Shown here: positions 39,243-51,391 of the stretch, piece after piece | Position numbering within the stretch: position 1 is the first letter of the stretch | Layout of the letters: the number at the start of each line of letters is the position of its first letter | Origin: Centroscyllium fabricii | Taxonomy: Eukaryota | DNA: 64,000 nucleotides | Direction of reading: 5' to 3' | Assembly (NCBI GenBank): GCA_051313645.2 | Contig: JBNRSN020000017.1 | Span: 41,168,001 to 41,232,000 of the forward strand | The notes under the pieces: model-generated | The model's input: only the letters and a program-made list of their open reading frames with translations | What the model was told of the DNA's origin: nothing | The model's database searches: none | Program-made: the position numbers and the translations under genes

Positions 39243-39998
39243 GGGGCCTAAATTTGTCAGCCCACGTTTTGTGGCGCTGACCCGGGCACAGCGCTATTTT
39301 TAGCGCCAGCGATAATAGGGCCGAAATTGGCCTGCATCGCCCATTATGGGTGCGCGGGCGCTAAATCTGGCGGGCCGCCTCGCTCTTGGTGCGAGGCGGC
39401 TGAATATCGGGGCGCAGCGCTGCGCCGATGAGCGCGTAGCGGCGGCCCGCGGTACGGCAGGCCGTCCTCCCTGATTAAAGGGGAGGGGCCTAGCACGGCT
39501 GCGGCCGGAGCCCCGCGGGGCCGCCGTGGGACCAGGAGCGGGAGAAGGAGCCCGGCACCGGAGGGAAGTGCCGGGCGCAGTTGCCGGAGGCCTGACCCCG
39601 CCGGGGGAGCAGTGGGGGAGCAGCGGGGGAGGCCGAGCGGGAAGGTGCTGGCAGTCGGCCAGCAATAAAAATGGCCGACCGTCGCACTCCCCTTCAAGCA
39701 GCGCTCCAGCGCTGCTGTTACGGCCCCAGAAAGCTGGCGCGGGCAGCGCCCAGTGATAAATCGGCGGGCGCTGCCCAATTTCAGCCACAGGCGCCTCCCA
39801 GGCGCTGCGCAGCGTAATGACATCATTCCTGACATCCAGCTGGGCTCTAAATTCGTTGGGGCATTACCAGTTAGCCCACAACTTAGCGCTCAGCTGAACT
39901 TAGCACTGGGCGCGATCCCCAGCGCTAATTCTGCAGCGCCCAATTAGCGCCCATTTTGGGCATTAATGGTCCGGCGCTAGAGCGCCAATTTCGTGCCC
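39243..39998. mobile_element. Very GC/CpG-rich GGG-terminal MITE
   Basis: ggggcctaaattt / aatttcgtgccc ends; repeated agcgcc motifs as in the 13525 and 42888 elements. Confidence 0.7.
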
Positions 39999-40001
39999 TT
40001 A

Positions 40002-40596
40002 AGGCCCTGTCACACCTAGACGTTTTAGCCAGCGTATGCAAATTTGGCTAAAACGCTGAACTTTTGACTTTTTTTCAGTTTTGGGCGTATAATAGCGTAT
40101 TCATAACGTATGCATAACGTATTAGTAACGTACACAGAACATATCGATAACTTACAGATAACTTATACCAACGAATGCTTAGCGTGTTGTCGGCGTTCAC
40201 AACTTATGCCCAACGATAGTCTAACGTATGCATAGCACGCGGCAGCGTATCGCCGACGTTTTAGATAAATTTTGATACGTTGGCATACGCTAGCTTAAAT
40301 CGTCAAGGTGTGACAGGGCATGACAGGGGCACAGGTAAAGTGTGTTCAACGTTCGCCTAACGTGCCTACAACGTATGGCCAGCGTATGCGGAACGTGTGA
40401 ATCATACGCAGGATACGTCGAGATTTTTTGTGCATGCTCAAAAAATCTCGACTTACTCGAAGTACAACGACGCATGCAACTTATGCCCAGCGTATGCCCA
40501 GCGTATGCATAACGTACCCATAACGTATCCGACGTAACCCAGCGTTTTAGCCAAATTTGCATACGCTGGCTAAAACGTCTAGGTGTGACAGGGCCT
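40002..40596. mobile_element. Young PIF/Harbinger MITE
   Basis: ~57-bp perfect TIR aggccctgtcacacctagacgttttagccagcgtatgcaaatttggctaaaacgctg; tta/tta TSD. Confidence 0.92.
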
Positions 40597-40841
40597 TTAT
40601 ACCTTGGTATTTGTTATTCATAAACAACTTTATTGGTCCCTCATTTGATTTTCATTCCTTTATTATTTTGAAGCAAATATAGGTTCCTGATTATAATGTA
40701 TAAACGCCGATGAAAAATACATTTTCTACACTTTCTGTGGAGGATACCACTTTTCTGTTCATCACTTCTGTCAATTTGAAAGTTTAGTTGACAAAAGGAA
40801 TCCCAAATATTTCACGGTGTGAAATTAGAACACACCTCAGG

Positions 40842-41000
40842 CAACATTCCCGCTAGGCTGCGGGGCCGTCTGGAGATCCTGTGCAGGCCATTCACGGGCT
40901 TTTCGATGTGAAGGACGGCGCATGTGGAAAAAAACAGAATCAGCCACGCAGCCAGTTAAAGGGCCCGCGTACTAAAAAAACCAAATTACAGGGAACGCTG
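40842..41000. mobile_element. Small hAT-like MITE
   Basis: caacattccc / gggaacgctg ends; 8-bp flanks acctcagg/gcctcagg. Confidence 0.65.
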
Positions 41001-41748
41001 GCCTCAGGCTGCAAGTGTGTGGGAAATCTAGCCTATGAACCAGTAATCAGGTAAACCCAAATATGGGAAATATGAAGGAACTTCTGTCCAAGAAGATACT
41101 CTAAAATATGGATCTTTGTCAATTTACTGTGGCATAAATGTAATTTGTTTTTCTTGAAACAGCAATTATTATAACAATAAACAGATTTTTAAAAACACAG
41201 AAATGTGTAAAACTGCTATTTTCAGTGGGTTGTGCCACCTTCGCAGAATTGTAAAATTTCTGCTTGGCCTGTCAGCCATGACATAAAAATGATGTTTAAA
41301 TTCTACATGATATGCTGACCTGGAACAAATGCGTCATTGTGATTGCTGAAAAATGTACAAACAGGGAATTCTGGTCTTTCCCGACAGACTGTCAAACAAA
41401 TTTCAAATGGCATTTTTGAGTTATCTCCCACTCCTAAGTGGGTTAATAAACATCATCTAGAGCATTTCAAAAAACAGATTTGCAGTGAAAAATTTAATTT
41501 AAATGTGTTTCAAAAGGTTTCTGGTTACTCTTTTTCAGCTTTTAAATTGGCTTATGCTTCACTGACTCTAGAGCTACTCTTCCAGAAATGAAATGGGACA
41601 AAATTGTCTAATTTTAAAAATCAGTGGGTCCCACTTCTGTTGGTAGCTCCCCTTTATCTGAAAGGAAAGAAAGGCTTGCATTTCTATAGCATCTTTCATG
41701 ACCTCAGGATGTCCCAAAGTGCTTCACAGCCAATGGAGTACTTTTGAG

Positions 41749-42106
41749 TACCCAGCTACCGTCAATGGAAAGCATCTACCTCAAACGCTGCCTACGGAGG
41801 TCTCTGAACATTATTGAAGACCCCACACACCCCAGCCACAGTCTGTTCGCCCCCCTGCCCTCCGGGAGACGCTACAGATCAATTCGCACCCGCACGACTA
41901 GATTTAAGAACAGCTTCTTCCCCAGGGCTGTCAGCCTCCTGAACTCTAAAAAATAAACTCCGGTACCTGCACGCCTGATAATGTACTTTACTGTATGCAA
42001 TTTGCATGTAATTTATTTGCACTACTCTCGGGAGCGTCGAGTCTTCGTCTCGTTGTATTGTACTAGTACTCTGCAATGACAATAAAACTTGAATTGAATT
42101 GAATTG
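41749..42106 (+). mobile_element. Rex1/Babar 3' fragment (near-identical to 24768 copy)
   Basis: ORF 41744-41956; (ttgaa)n tail. Confidence 0.9.
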
Positions 42107-42330
42107 AAGTGTTGTCGCTGTTGTAATGACTGAAACGCGGTAGCCAATTTGCGCACAGCAAGGTCCGAGATAATCTGGGTTTTATTTAGTGATGTTGGTT
42201 AAGGGTTAAGTATTAGCCAGGCCACAGAGTGAGCTTCCCTGCTGTTCTTAGAATAGCGCCGTGTGTTCTATTACGCCCAGCTGAGAGGGCAGACAGGGCT
42301 TCGCTTTGGCATCTCATCCGAAAGCCGGCA

Positions 42331-42660
42331 ATAAGGAGCTCCTGGGTTCGAATCCTGCTTGGCCCCGGGGACCTCTCTGCGTGGAGTTTGCATGTTCTCC
42401 CCGTGTTCATGTGGGTTTCCTCCGGGTACTCCGGTTTCCTCCCACCACCCAAAGACATGCAGGTTAGGTGAATTGGAGATACTAAAAATTGCCCAGGAGT
42501 ATGTGTGTAAGATATAGTTCTTAGAGATGGGGGTGTCAGGGGATATAGGGAGAGGGTAGGAGGGGGGTGCTGGGTTTGGATGATCAGCCATGATCTCGTT
42601 AAAATGGCAGAGCAGGCTCGAGGGGCCGAATGGCCTAATCCTGCTCCTATCTTCTGTGTA
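42331..42660 (+). mobile_element. 5'-truncated divergent V-SINE
   Basis: B box ggttcgaatcc, V core, CR1 tail. Confidence 0.8.
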
Positions 42661-42887
42661 TCCCCAACAGTGCCGCACTGGAGTGTCAGCCTAGATTTTG
42701 TGCTCAAGTCTCTGGAGTGGGACGATGAACTCACAACCATTGGACCCAGGAGCAGGAGTGTTCCCACTGCGCCATGGCTGACAGCATTGCTGTAGGTTTG
42801 CACTCATCTCATAGAGACCTGGAAATACCTGTCGCGCAAAATTGCAAAAAAAGAAACATTAAATACTGCACCGCTTGTGCTAGTGCA

Positions 42888-43647
42888 GGGGGGGTGAAAT
42901 TCCCATTTGTGCCTCCGGTGGGAGGCGCTAACGCGACACAAATGGCTTTTCACACCCTGCCCCCGGCGGTAACCGCGAAATTCCACGGGAGGTTATCGGC
43001 AGCGCTACCGGATATTGCCCCGATCTTCTGTGCCCAGAGATCATGACATCATCTCTGGGCACAGCGCTCCGGGAGAAAAATCTGCACTCGCGCCCCGCGG
43101 CAGCGCCGGGCAATGTACCCGACTGCTGCAGGGGTAGCGAACAGTGAGGCCGGCCGGCCGCTCGCGATGCGCAACTTGAAGGCGCGGTGGGCGGCCGGGC
43201 CAAATAAAATGCCGATTTAAAAAAATGTATTTTAGGCCACCGGTCGCGGCATCCGTGCAGCGATCGCTCAGCCCGACACTCTGCTCGAGTGCCAGGCTGA
43301 TCGCATGGCACTCCCGCTCCCCCCGCTGGCCCAGAAATCTACAATGAAACCTGCAGAGCTCGCAGCGCAGGACCCTTCCCTTTAATTGAGGGAAGAGCCG
43401 CTGCAATGTGGCAGCACCACGTTTTGGCCACTTGCGGCGCTCCTGAGCACATCGCCCCGGATCGGGACAGTCCCCACCTCTTGCGCTCCAAGAGGCAAGT
43501 TGAGCCCTTGATTTAACACTCCACTTCGCTCTTGGAGCAAAAAGTGGGAAATTAACAAATGTTTGAAAAGTTTAAGGCCTGGCACTAACTTTCCAAACAT
43601 TTTTCACTTAGTGCCCCAAACGGCCCTCTGGGGGAATTTCTCCACCC
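42888..43647. mobile_element. GC-rich GGG-terminal MITE
   Basis: ggggtgaaattccc / gggaatttctccaccc ends. Confidence 0.7.
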
Positions 43648-44457
43648 AGGTCTCCAGAAGACAAGTCCTATTAAGTGTTGATTACTTTTGTTGCTTGTGC
43701 CAACTTGAGGCTGTATGTGCAACAACCGTGTGTGTTCAGTAATGTACTTCAAACACTTTAAAGCTGTTCAGTGATATTTCTTTTGAATCTGACATGAAAT
43801 CTAGCGAAGTTTATATCTATCAATGTAACCCTACAACATCGAAATGACTGCGAGAACTGTTATTGAAAAAATGCTCTTGTCCGTATTTTTTTATTTTAAT
43901 GCAGGTGTTACCATTTATTTTAAATGACTTAATATCTCCATTAAAATAGCAGAGGCGCATTTGGTGATGGTTTATTCAAAATGTACAGTGGCCCGTGCTG
44001 TTCATAACAGTTTTATATTCATCGTTCTATTTGTTAAAAAAAACACTATTTAAAAAGATAAAATGCTATATTGAATAATCCAATGACAACAGACCTTTAA
44101 AACAGTTGAGAGTTCCAACTTTGAAATGTAATAGTCTAATATCTTCATTGCAGCAAGATGTTTACATGTTAGAACTGCTTACAATTTAAATAAATTCCTA
44201 ATTAAAGGGAACAGAATAATCAACCCACAATGTTTCCTTTCAAATAGTTTCATTTAATCTGTAAATGAATGGCTGGTGGGGATGATTAACCTATTAAGAA
44301 AACAGTCTGGGCAAAGCTCTTAGATTCTTACTGCACTGTTTTGCAGCAAAAGATTACTTTAAAGAATGACACTTTTTCACCTCACATCAAACTGTACAAA
44401 ATCAGCCGATCAGAAACTCTAAGGTCAATTCATAGGGTAAACATTTCCATATATACA

Positions 44458-44843
44458 AGCGCTCTACTCGGAGCTCCGGCACGGCAAGAGAGCCCCAGGC
44501 GGGCAGAGGAAACGCTTCAAGGACACCCTCAAAGCCTCAGTGAAAAATGTAACATCGCCATCGACACCTGGGAATCCCTGGCCCAAGACCGCACAAAGTG
44601 GAGGAGAAGCATCCGAGAAGGCGCCGAACACCTCGAATCTATTCGCCGGGAGCAAACGGAAGCCAAGCGCAGGCAGCGCAAGGAGCGCGCGTCAACCCAA
44701 GCACCCCACTCACCCGCCCCTTCAACCACCGTCTGCCCCACCTGTGACAAGATACTGTAGGTCCCGCATTGGACTCATCAGTCACCTGAGAACTCATTTT
44801 TAATGTGGAAGCAAGTCATCCTCGGTTCCGAGGGACTGCCTGA
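44458..44843 (+). mobile_element. RTE (BovB-like) LINE 3' end
   Basis: YSELRHGKRAPGGQRKRFKDTLK...WESLAQDRTKWRRSI...CPTCD...SRIGLISHLRTH, with frameshifts. Confidence 0.9.
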
Positions 44844-44895
44844 GAAGTATATACACACACATACATACATACGAAGGTATAGGGTTTTCTGTACG

Positions 44896-45115
44896 ATAGC
44901 AAAATACTGCGGATGCTGGAAATCTGAAATAACAACAGAAAACGCTGGAGAAACTCAGCAGGCCAGGCAGCATCGGTGGAGAGAGACGCAGAGTTGACGT
45001 TTCAGGTCGATGACCTTTTTTCAAAACTGGAGAAGCCGGGAGGGGGGATAGATTTAAAGGTGGTGGGGGCTGGGGAAACCGGGGGGTGGGGGGGGGGGGG
45101 CTGAAAGAACAAGGG
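44896..45115 (-). mobile_element. Penelope terminal-repeat fragment with a decayed hammerhead (44992-45028)
   Basis: Homologous to 49340-49482. Confidence 0.8.
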
Positions 45116-46357
45116 TTTTCTGCATATGTGCATGTAACTACTTCAAGTTAAACTGAGACAACAGGACAAGGGGGCATAGGTTCAACCTGGTGAAAGGCAA
45201 ATATCAGACTGGTGTTAAAAAGTTGTTTTTCCACACAAAGAGTGATCAACATTTACAATGGACTTTTAGATAGGACAGAGAGGATAAGAAATCTTGGAAT
45301 CATTTAAGAGACCGTGCTGAGGGGAATTGTCGGTTTTTCTAGATGGATTAGCTAAAGCGGGCCAAAGCAGGCAATCTCATCTGTATTTATCTTGTGATTT
45401 TGTGAAGAGAGGTTAACAACAATGGTGATGTCTCCCAGCCATGGATTAAACATAACTACATTTTAAAAACTCTGAAAAATCAAGCAGTTATTCATTCTGG
45501 GACTGAATCAATGAAAAGGGATGTTGGAAGGTGTGGTGCCTTTAGAATTACATTTGAATGCTGTGGGCAGGGCTTAAGTACATAAACTGTTCTTTTCCTG
45601 ACGATTAAGTAAACAGCACAACAAATCAAAGGAACATCTGTCAGAGGCAGCGCTCATTTTAAAGTGAACGGCAGAGGCTGACAAAGGTTTCAGCACAAAG
45701 TATGAACAATAGATGAAAGAAAAAAGATGATTAGAAAAAGAGATTAAAAATAACATGCAAGAGGATAAAATAAAAGAACGAATAAGGGAAACAACAGTAA
45801 AAGAAGACTAGTATAAAGCAAATAAGAGAAAACAAAAGAAAGAATGTGAAGCAAAAAATGAAGAGAAAAGGGAACTTGTGAACAAAGGAACTTATTAACT
45901 CTGGTTACCCAAGATCAAAGGTCGTGAGCTGAGCTAATCAGATGCAAGTTAGTTGGGGGCATGGTGGAGGTGACTCCTGAAATCAGATTTTGCTGAGGCA
46001 CTGAAATACAATGGTTACAGCAAACAATTTGAACTTTATATTCATAGAGATCATGTATATTTACCCAACACGTAACCCACAGGAATTTAAAGAAACTAAT
46101 AAGCTACGGTTATTATTGTGAAAGGATGAGATGAAATGAGCAAAGGGCTTTCTTCACTCGAATCTTCTGAGTATTAATTCAGTCCTAACTGCAGGCTTCC
46201 CAACACTCCTGTCTTTGGTCAAATGGGTTAATAAACATCGACCAGAGTATTTAAAAAACTGATTTACATTTAAAAACTAGCCTTTAGCTAAATTTAATTC
46301 ATGGTGGTGAGAGATTACCACTGTCTCATGCATGAGACTGCGCCCTGCTACCTACCA

Positions 46358-46848
46358 AAAACAACTTGTATTTATATAGCGCCTTTAACGTAGTACAACG
46401 TCCCAAGGTGCTTCACGGGAGCGTTATAAAACAAAATTTGACACCAAACCACATGAGGAGGTATTAGGGCAAATGATGGTCAAAGAGGTGGGTTTTAAGG
46501 AGCATCTTAAAGGAGGAAAGAGCAGCAGAGAGGAGGAGAGGTTCAGGGAGGGAGTTCCAGAGTTAAGACAGCTGAAGGCACGGCTGCCAATGGTGGAGTG
46601 ATTAAAATCGGGGGTGCTCAAGAGGTCAGAACTGGAGGAGTACAGATATCTCAGGGGGGTTGTGGGCCTGGAGAAGATTAGAGATCGGGAGGGGGCGAGG
46701 CCAAGGATGGATGTGAAAACAAGGATGAGAATTTTAAAACTGAGGCGTTGCTTAACCGGGAGCCAATGTAGGTCAGTGAGCACAGGGGTGATAAGTGAAC
46801 GGGACTTGGTGTGAGTTAGGACACGGGCAGCTGAATTGTAGATGACCT
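46358..46848 (-). mobile_element. L2 LINE 3' fragment
   Basis: LTDLHWLPVKQRLSFKILILVF; similar to the 34255 copy. Confidence 0.88.
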
Positions 46849-46854
46849 CCCCAC

Positions 46855-47221
46855 GTTGAATAAATTTTAAACTGAGATAGACAGTTTCCAGGAATTAAAG
46901 GGAATTAGGGGTTATGGTGAACGGGCTGGTAAGTGGACGTGAGGATAGGTTCAGATCGGCCATGTGATCTCCTGGACCAGTTTTCGATCGCCTAGATGGG
47001 TCGGAGAGGAATTTTCCTGATTTTTTTTCTCCCAAATTGGCTACTGGGTTTTTTAATCTGGTTTTTCGCCTCTCCCAGGTGATCACATGGGTCTGGGCGG
47101 GGTGGAGAGTAAAAATAAAATTGAGGTTAGGATCAGATCAGCCATGATCTTGTTGAATGGCGGAGCAGGCTCGAGGGGCCGATTGGCCTACTCCTGCTCC
47201 TATTTCTTATGTTCTTATGTT
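46855..47221 (+). mobile_element. CR1 3' end with 3' UTR module
   Basis: Near-identical to the reverse complement of 18882-19240. Confidence 0.9.
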
Positions 47222-47370
47222 ATTGCAAAATGGTGGTTACAGATTGGTGACAGTAATGGAAGCAAATTGAGATTGTGAATTAAGTGTATTGCACAAGAAG
47301 TCTGTATCAAAGCATTAGAGGAGTTTGGCTAAAGTGAGATGTTTCCTTTAGTGCTTTGTTACCAATATAT

Positions 47371-48188
47371 GAAGGGAGAAACATTCGTTTGGTTTCACGC
47401 CTCCTGTTAGCGCCTTAAGAGGTTGCTAATGGGGTGCAAAGTACTAGCGCCCGGGCACGGCGATGTTTGCGCCGCTCATGAAATTGACTAGACATTTTGC
47501 AGCGGCACTAAACACTACCACCACGATCTCCTGCGCCCGCAGATCGTGATGTCAGTCGAGCATGCAACAACAGGTTGAGCGGAGCGTTTTGCGGTCACGA
47601 AGGGACTGGGGGAGCGCTATTTAAAGGTGACCGCTTCCTGCCATTTTTTAATCGGCAACATTTTTTCACCAGGCATTCTGAGTGAGAGAGAGAGAGACTG
47701 CAGGAGATATTCAAAGCTGTGTTGAGGAGTTTTGGGTACTGAGCAGCACTTTGCAGGTTCTTTCTGATTTGATCTTCCTTGATTCGATTTAGAAGAGACT
47801 ATGGGGGCTGCACTCTGAGCTCTTTCCCTGGGCCTCTCCATTGTTCTTTCCAATCGGTCTCTCCAGGCCGAGATTCAAGGCTGCAATGAGCAAAGTGTGG
47901 ATGGAGAGCAAGATCGACCCTCCCTTTTAAGAACTGGCCGGCGCCAGTGTGTCTGCGTTCCATTGCTGACTGACATCACATGAGCTTCGCCAGCGCTCTG
48001 AGGTAATGCCTCGCTCCTCAGCCTTTGCACCTTAAGACAGGTGTGCAGCACCTGATTTTGCGCTCCAATCACCTCCAGGGGCGATAAAAGCCAAGTTTGC
48101 AGTCCGAGGCAATAATTAGCGTCAGGCGCTAAACTTTGCCCCCAGCCGATAATCGCGCCCCAAACAGGGCGATACTGAATTTCTCCCC
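47371..48188. mobile_element. CpG-rich MITE (13525 family)
   Basis: Reverse-orientation homology to 13525-14188. Confidence 0.8.
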
Positions 48189-48993
48189 TTGGGTGTCTAG
48201 TATAACACTTTGCAGAAAAGTATCTTGCAAGACACTGTACATATTAATATGCAATATACATATTAATACATAGTGAAGAGCACAATGAAACTATCAGTGA
48301 TAATGATATTGTAACATAGCGTCACATCCTGCACGGCAGAATTTGTAGTTTTTAATCACAGTTTTGAATTTTTTTTGAATATACAATTAAACTACTAGAT
48401 TAGGAATAGCCAAAGGACATAATTTACTTGGATTTTCAGAAGACGTTTGATAAAATGTCTCAAGTATGTCTCTTAAGGCTCATGGAATTAATGGTTAATT
48501 AGCTTGCTGAATTGAAAACCAGTTTGGCAAAGGTGGCGGGGTGGGGGGGCGGGGAAGGTAATGCTAAATGGAAAGCACTGAGCTGGTGGGGGGTTGGAGA
48601 ACAGCAGTGACGAGTGGGGCTCCACAGGGGTCTGTCTGAATTCTCTGCTGCTCCCACTGTTGATGAATAGTTTAATGAAGAGTGCTTCTTATAATAACAG
48701 TATATCTGCTGATGATGCCAAGCAACATGGACAGGTGACAAGTATTGGGGACAGGGGCTGCATTCAAGGCAATCTGGAACAATTGAGTCGATGAGCGGAG
48801 AAATGGCATCTGCATGTTACTATAAATATAAATGCACAGCATATTGAAACAGTAATGCCAACATGCAAATGTAAAATACAAAAAGGATTTGGGTGTGTCT
48901 ATCGATCATTCACTGAAATTTTCCAGTCCAGTTGAAGCTGATCAAATATTACGGTGAATCTCTGTAGGTCCAAAGACTTTATTCTGACCTTGT

Positions 48994-49488
48994 ACAATAG
49001 CAAAATCAACAACACCTCATCTTCCGATTAGGCACTTTACAGCCCTCCGGACTAAATATCGAGTTCAACAATTTCAGATCATAACCATTATATTTTTACC
49101 TATTTTTATCCACACCTTTTATTTGGCCCCCCTTCTCTCTTTTTTCTCTCTCTCCCACATGGCAGCCGCCTCCCATTCTGCCAGTGCTTTTCACACCCTA
49201 TCTATAGCTGTCTCCTGTCCCCAGCCCCATCACTATCTCATCTCATTTTGAATACCTCTTCATGGCTTTTCTCTTTTGTTTTCTCTTCCCTTTTTTTCTC
49301 TCCCAGCTCCCCCGGCCTTCCTGCCTGTTTCATTTCCTTGCTTTAGTCTTGACAAAGGGTCCTAACCCGAAATGTAGACTCTATATTTCTCTCTCCACCG
49401 ATGCTGCCTGGCCTGCTGAGTTTTTCCAGTATTTTCTGTTGTTATTTTGGATTTCCAGCATCTGCAGTATTTTGCTATTGTACGTGTG
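48994..49488 (+). mobile_element. Penelope-like retroelement 3' fragment (GIY-YIG C-terminus, UTR, hammerhead relic)
   Basis: 49007-49084 encodes QQHLIFRLGTLQPSGLNIEFNNFRS*; 16-bp duplication tttattctgaccttgt at 48978-48993 and 49489-49504; short inverted 5' piece. Confidence 0.85.
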
Positions 49489-49729
49489 TTTATTCTGACC
49501 TTGTTTCAATCAGTGGAGATGACACATGTGGAATATGTGTGCAGTCTTAGGTGCTGTATATTCAAACGCACATTGGCTCATTAGGCAAAGTCCAGACTAG
49601 ACTGGGACTTAGAGCTTTAAATTACATAAGGAATCTTGCACAAGAGAGATTCTCTTCACTGGGGGAAAGGCCACCGAGGGAAACATGATCCCAGTCTTTA
49701 TAAAGTTAAGAGGTATAGGTCATATAGAA

Positions 49730-49955
49730 AAGGAAAATACTGCAGATGCTGGAAATCTGAAATAAAAACAGAAAATGCTGGAGATACTCAGCAGGTCAGG
49801 CAACATCGGAGGAGAGAGAAACAGAGCTAACGTTTCCGGTCGATGACCTGACCATGTTCTGACGAAGGGTCATCGACCTGAAACGGTAGCTCTGTTTCTC
49901 TCTCCACCGATGCTGCCTGACCTGCTGAGTATCTCCAGCATTTTCTCTTTTTATT
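49730..49955. mobile_element. Inverted (fold-back) pair of Penelope terminal repeats with a hammerhead core at 49855-49891
   Basis: Arms ~49770-49848 and ~49868-49946 are near-perfect reverse complements; flanks aggtcatataga/aggtgatataga. Confidence 0.85.
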
Positions 49956-50997
49956 ACAGGTGATATAGATGTGAGCAGATGATTGAGCTTCCATAGTAAA
50001 CACAAAACTTGAGTATAGTCAAGACTGTACATTAGATTTTTTTCCCCCTGATGAGGAATGAAGATCTGGAACAGACTCTCAGAAAAATAGCTGGGTCAAT
50101 ATCTGGTTGGGAATGAGGGTTATAGGGGTACGTTTAGACTGAGATTATCAAACACTCCGTGGGCCGCAATGGTTCCTAGGTTTATGATGTTGCGGAGAGG
50201 GTGTTGCCTGTGGAGAGCAGATAGCCAGAGATGAATAGTTGAGCTGTGGGCAGATATACTGGAGTTTTTGCTTGATCGTTTGTCAGAGTCAGGGAACATT
50301 TTGCAGGACTCTCCATATGGAGATTCAACAGGAGTAGAACGGTGTGTCCGAATCCATGCACAGATTGTCCATGATCTGCAGCGAGAGCAGGCACGATGGG
50401 CTACACTTCTTGTCCTTATCCCACACTTTCTCAGGCTCTTAAATTAAAATGGGTAAGTGACAAACATGAAAAATGATTGTATCAGAATCTTTACTACATG
50501 ATTTGGTTGCCACGCATATTGCAGGAGTTGATTTTCAAGCATTATATGTAAAAGCCTACAGCGATACTTGGTAATAGTTCTTTAAAATGGAAAAAGAGAT
50601 GAATTACTTCAGTCCTTCACACTGTATAGGCACTGCCCTTGTCCGGATCTACTGGTTTTTACACATCATTGTAGACAGCACCAATGTTAACACCATGTGC
50701 ACTGGCTGATCATCCTCATACAATGAACACTTCCCTTTTACAATTAACAAGCCGGTCCTTTGGTTCCTCTTGTGTCCTTCCCTTTCATTCTCAAGCATTT
50801 ACCTTTATCTGATCACCTTTTCTCTCTCAGTGCCTTTGTGCAGAAAGGACGTGCAGAGAGTTCAATGTTTTGAACAAATATTAATGCCACATTGTAAACG
50901 CTTGTATTGCAGCAGATCCAGCATCTGGTGCGGATGAGCGCGTCGTCACAGCCAACACAAGAGGAAGTTCTCAGGGCAGGCTGTGCCTGACTCTTCT

Positions 50998-51391
50998 GGG
51001 CGGCACGGTGGCACAGTCGGTAGCACTGTTGTCTCACAGCACTGGAGACCCGGGTTCAAATCCAGCCTCGGGTGACTATCTGTGTGGAGTTTGCACATTC
51101 TCCCCGTGTCTGCGTGGGTTTCCTCCGGGTGCTCCGGTTTCCTCCCACAGTCCAAAGATGTGCGGGGTTAGGTTGATTGGCCATGATAAATTGACCCTTA
51201 GTGTTAGGGGGATTAAATAGGTGGGGTTACGGGGATAGGGTGGGATATGTGTTGATGGATGCTCGATAGGGATATGGGGAGAGGGCAGGGGCGGGGTACT
51301 GGGTTTGGATGATCAGCCATGATCTCATTGAATGGCGGAGCAGGCTCGAAGGGCCAAATGGCCTACTCCTGCTCCTAGTTTCTATGTTTCT
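50998..51391 (+). mobile_element. Full-length HE1-type V-SINE
   Basis: As 7852-8253. Confidence 0.95.

Larger units (their letters stand above)
41660..42781 (-). mobile_element. DeuSINE/SacSINE-type SINE with two nested insertions
   Basis: Pieces 41660-41748, 42107-42330 and 42661-42781 rejoin into tail, core and tRNA-like head. Confidence 0.75.
48370..50420 (+). mobile_element. Ancient degraded CR1, host of two Penelope insertions
   Basis: LDFQKTFDK (~48428) and SADDAK (~48705) remnants of CR1 RT motifs. Confidence 0.55.

Noticed and set aside
39243-39998. CpG-island promoter or GC-rich ORFs (also 42888-43647 and 59882-60373)
   Set aside because: They lie within TIR-bounded elements and the translations resemble no protein I recognise.
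50048-50075. Additional CTGATGA hammerhead-like boxes (also 62061)
   Set aside because: No stem II followed by GAAA and no closing stem I.
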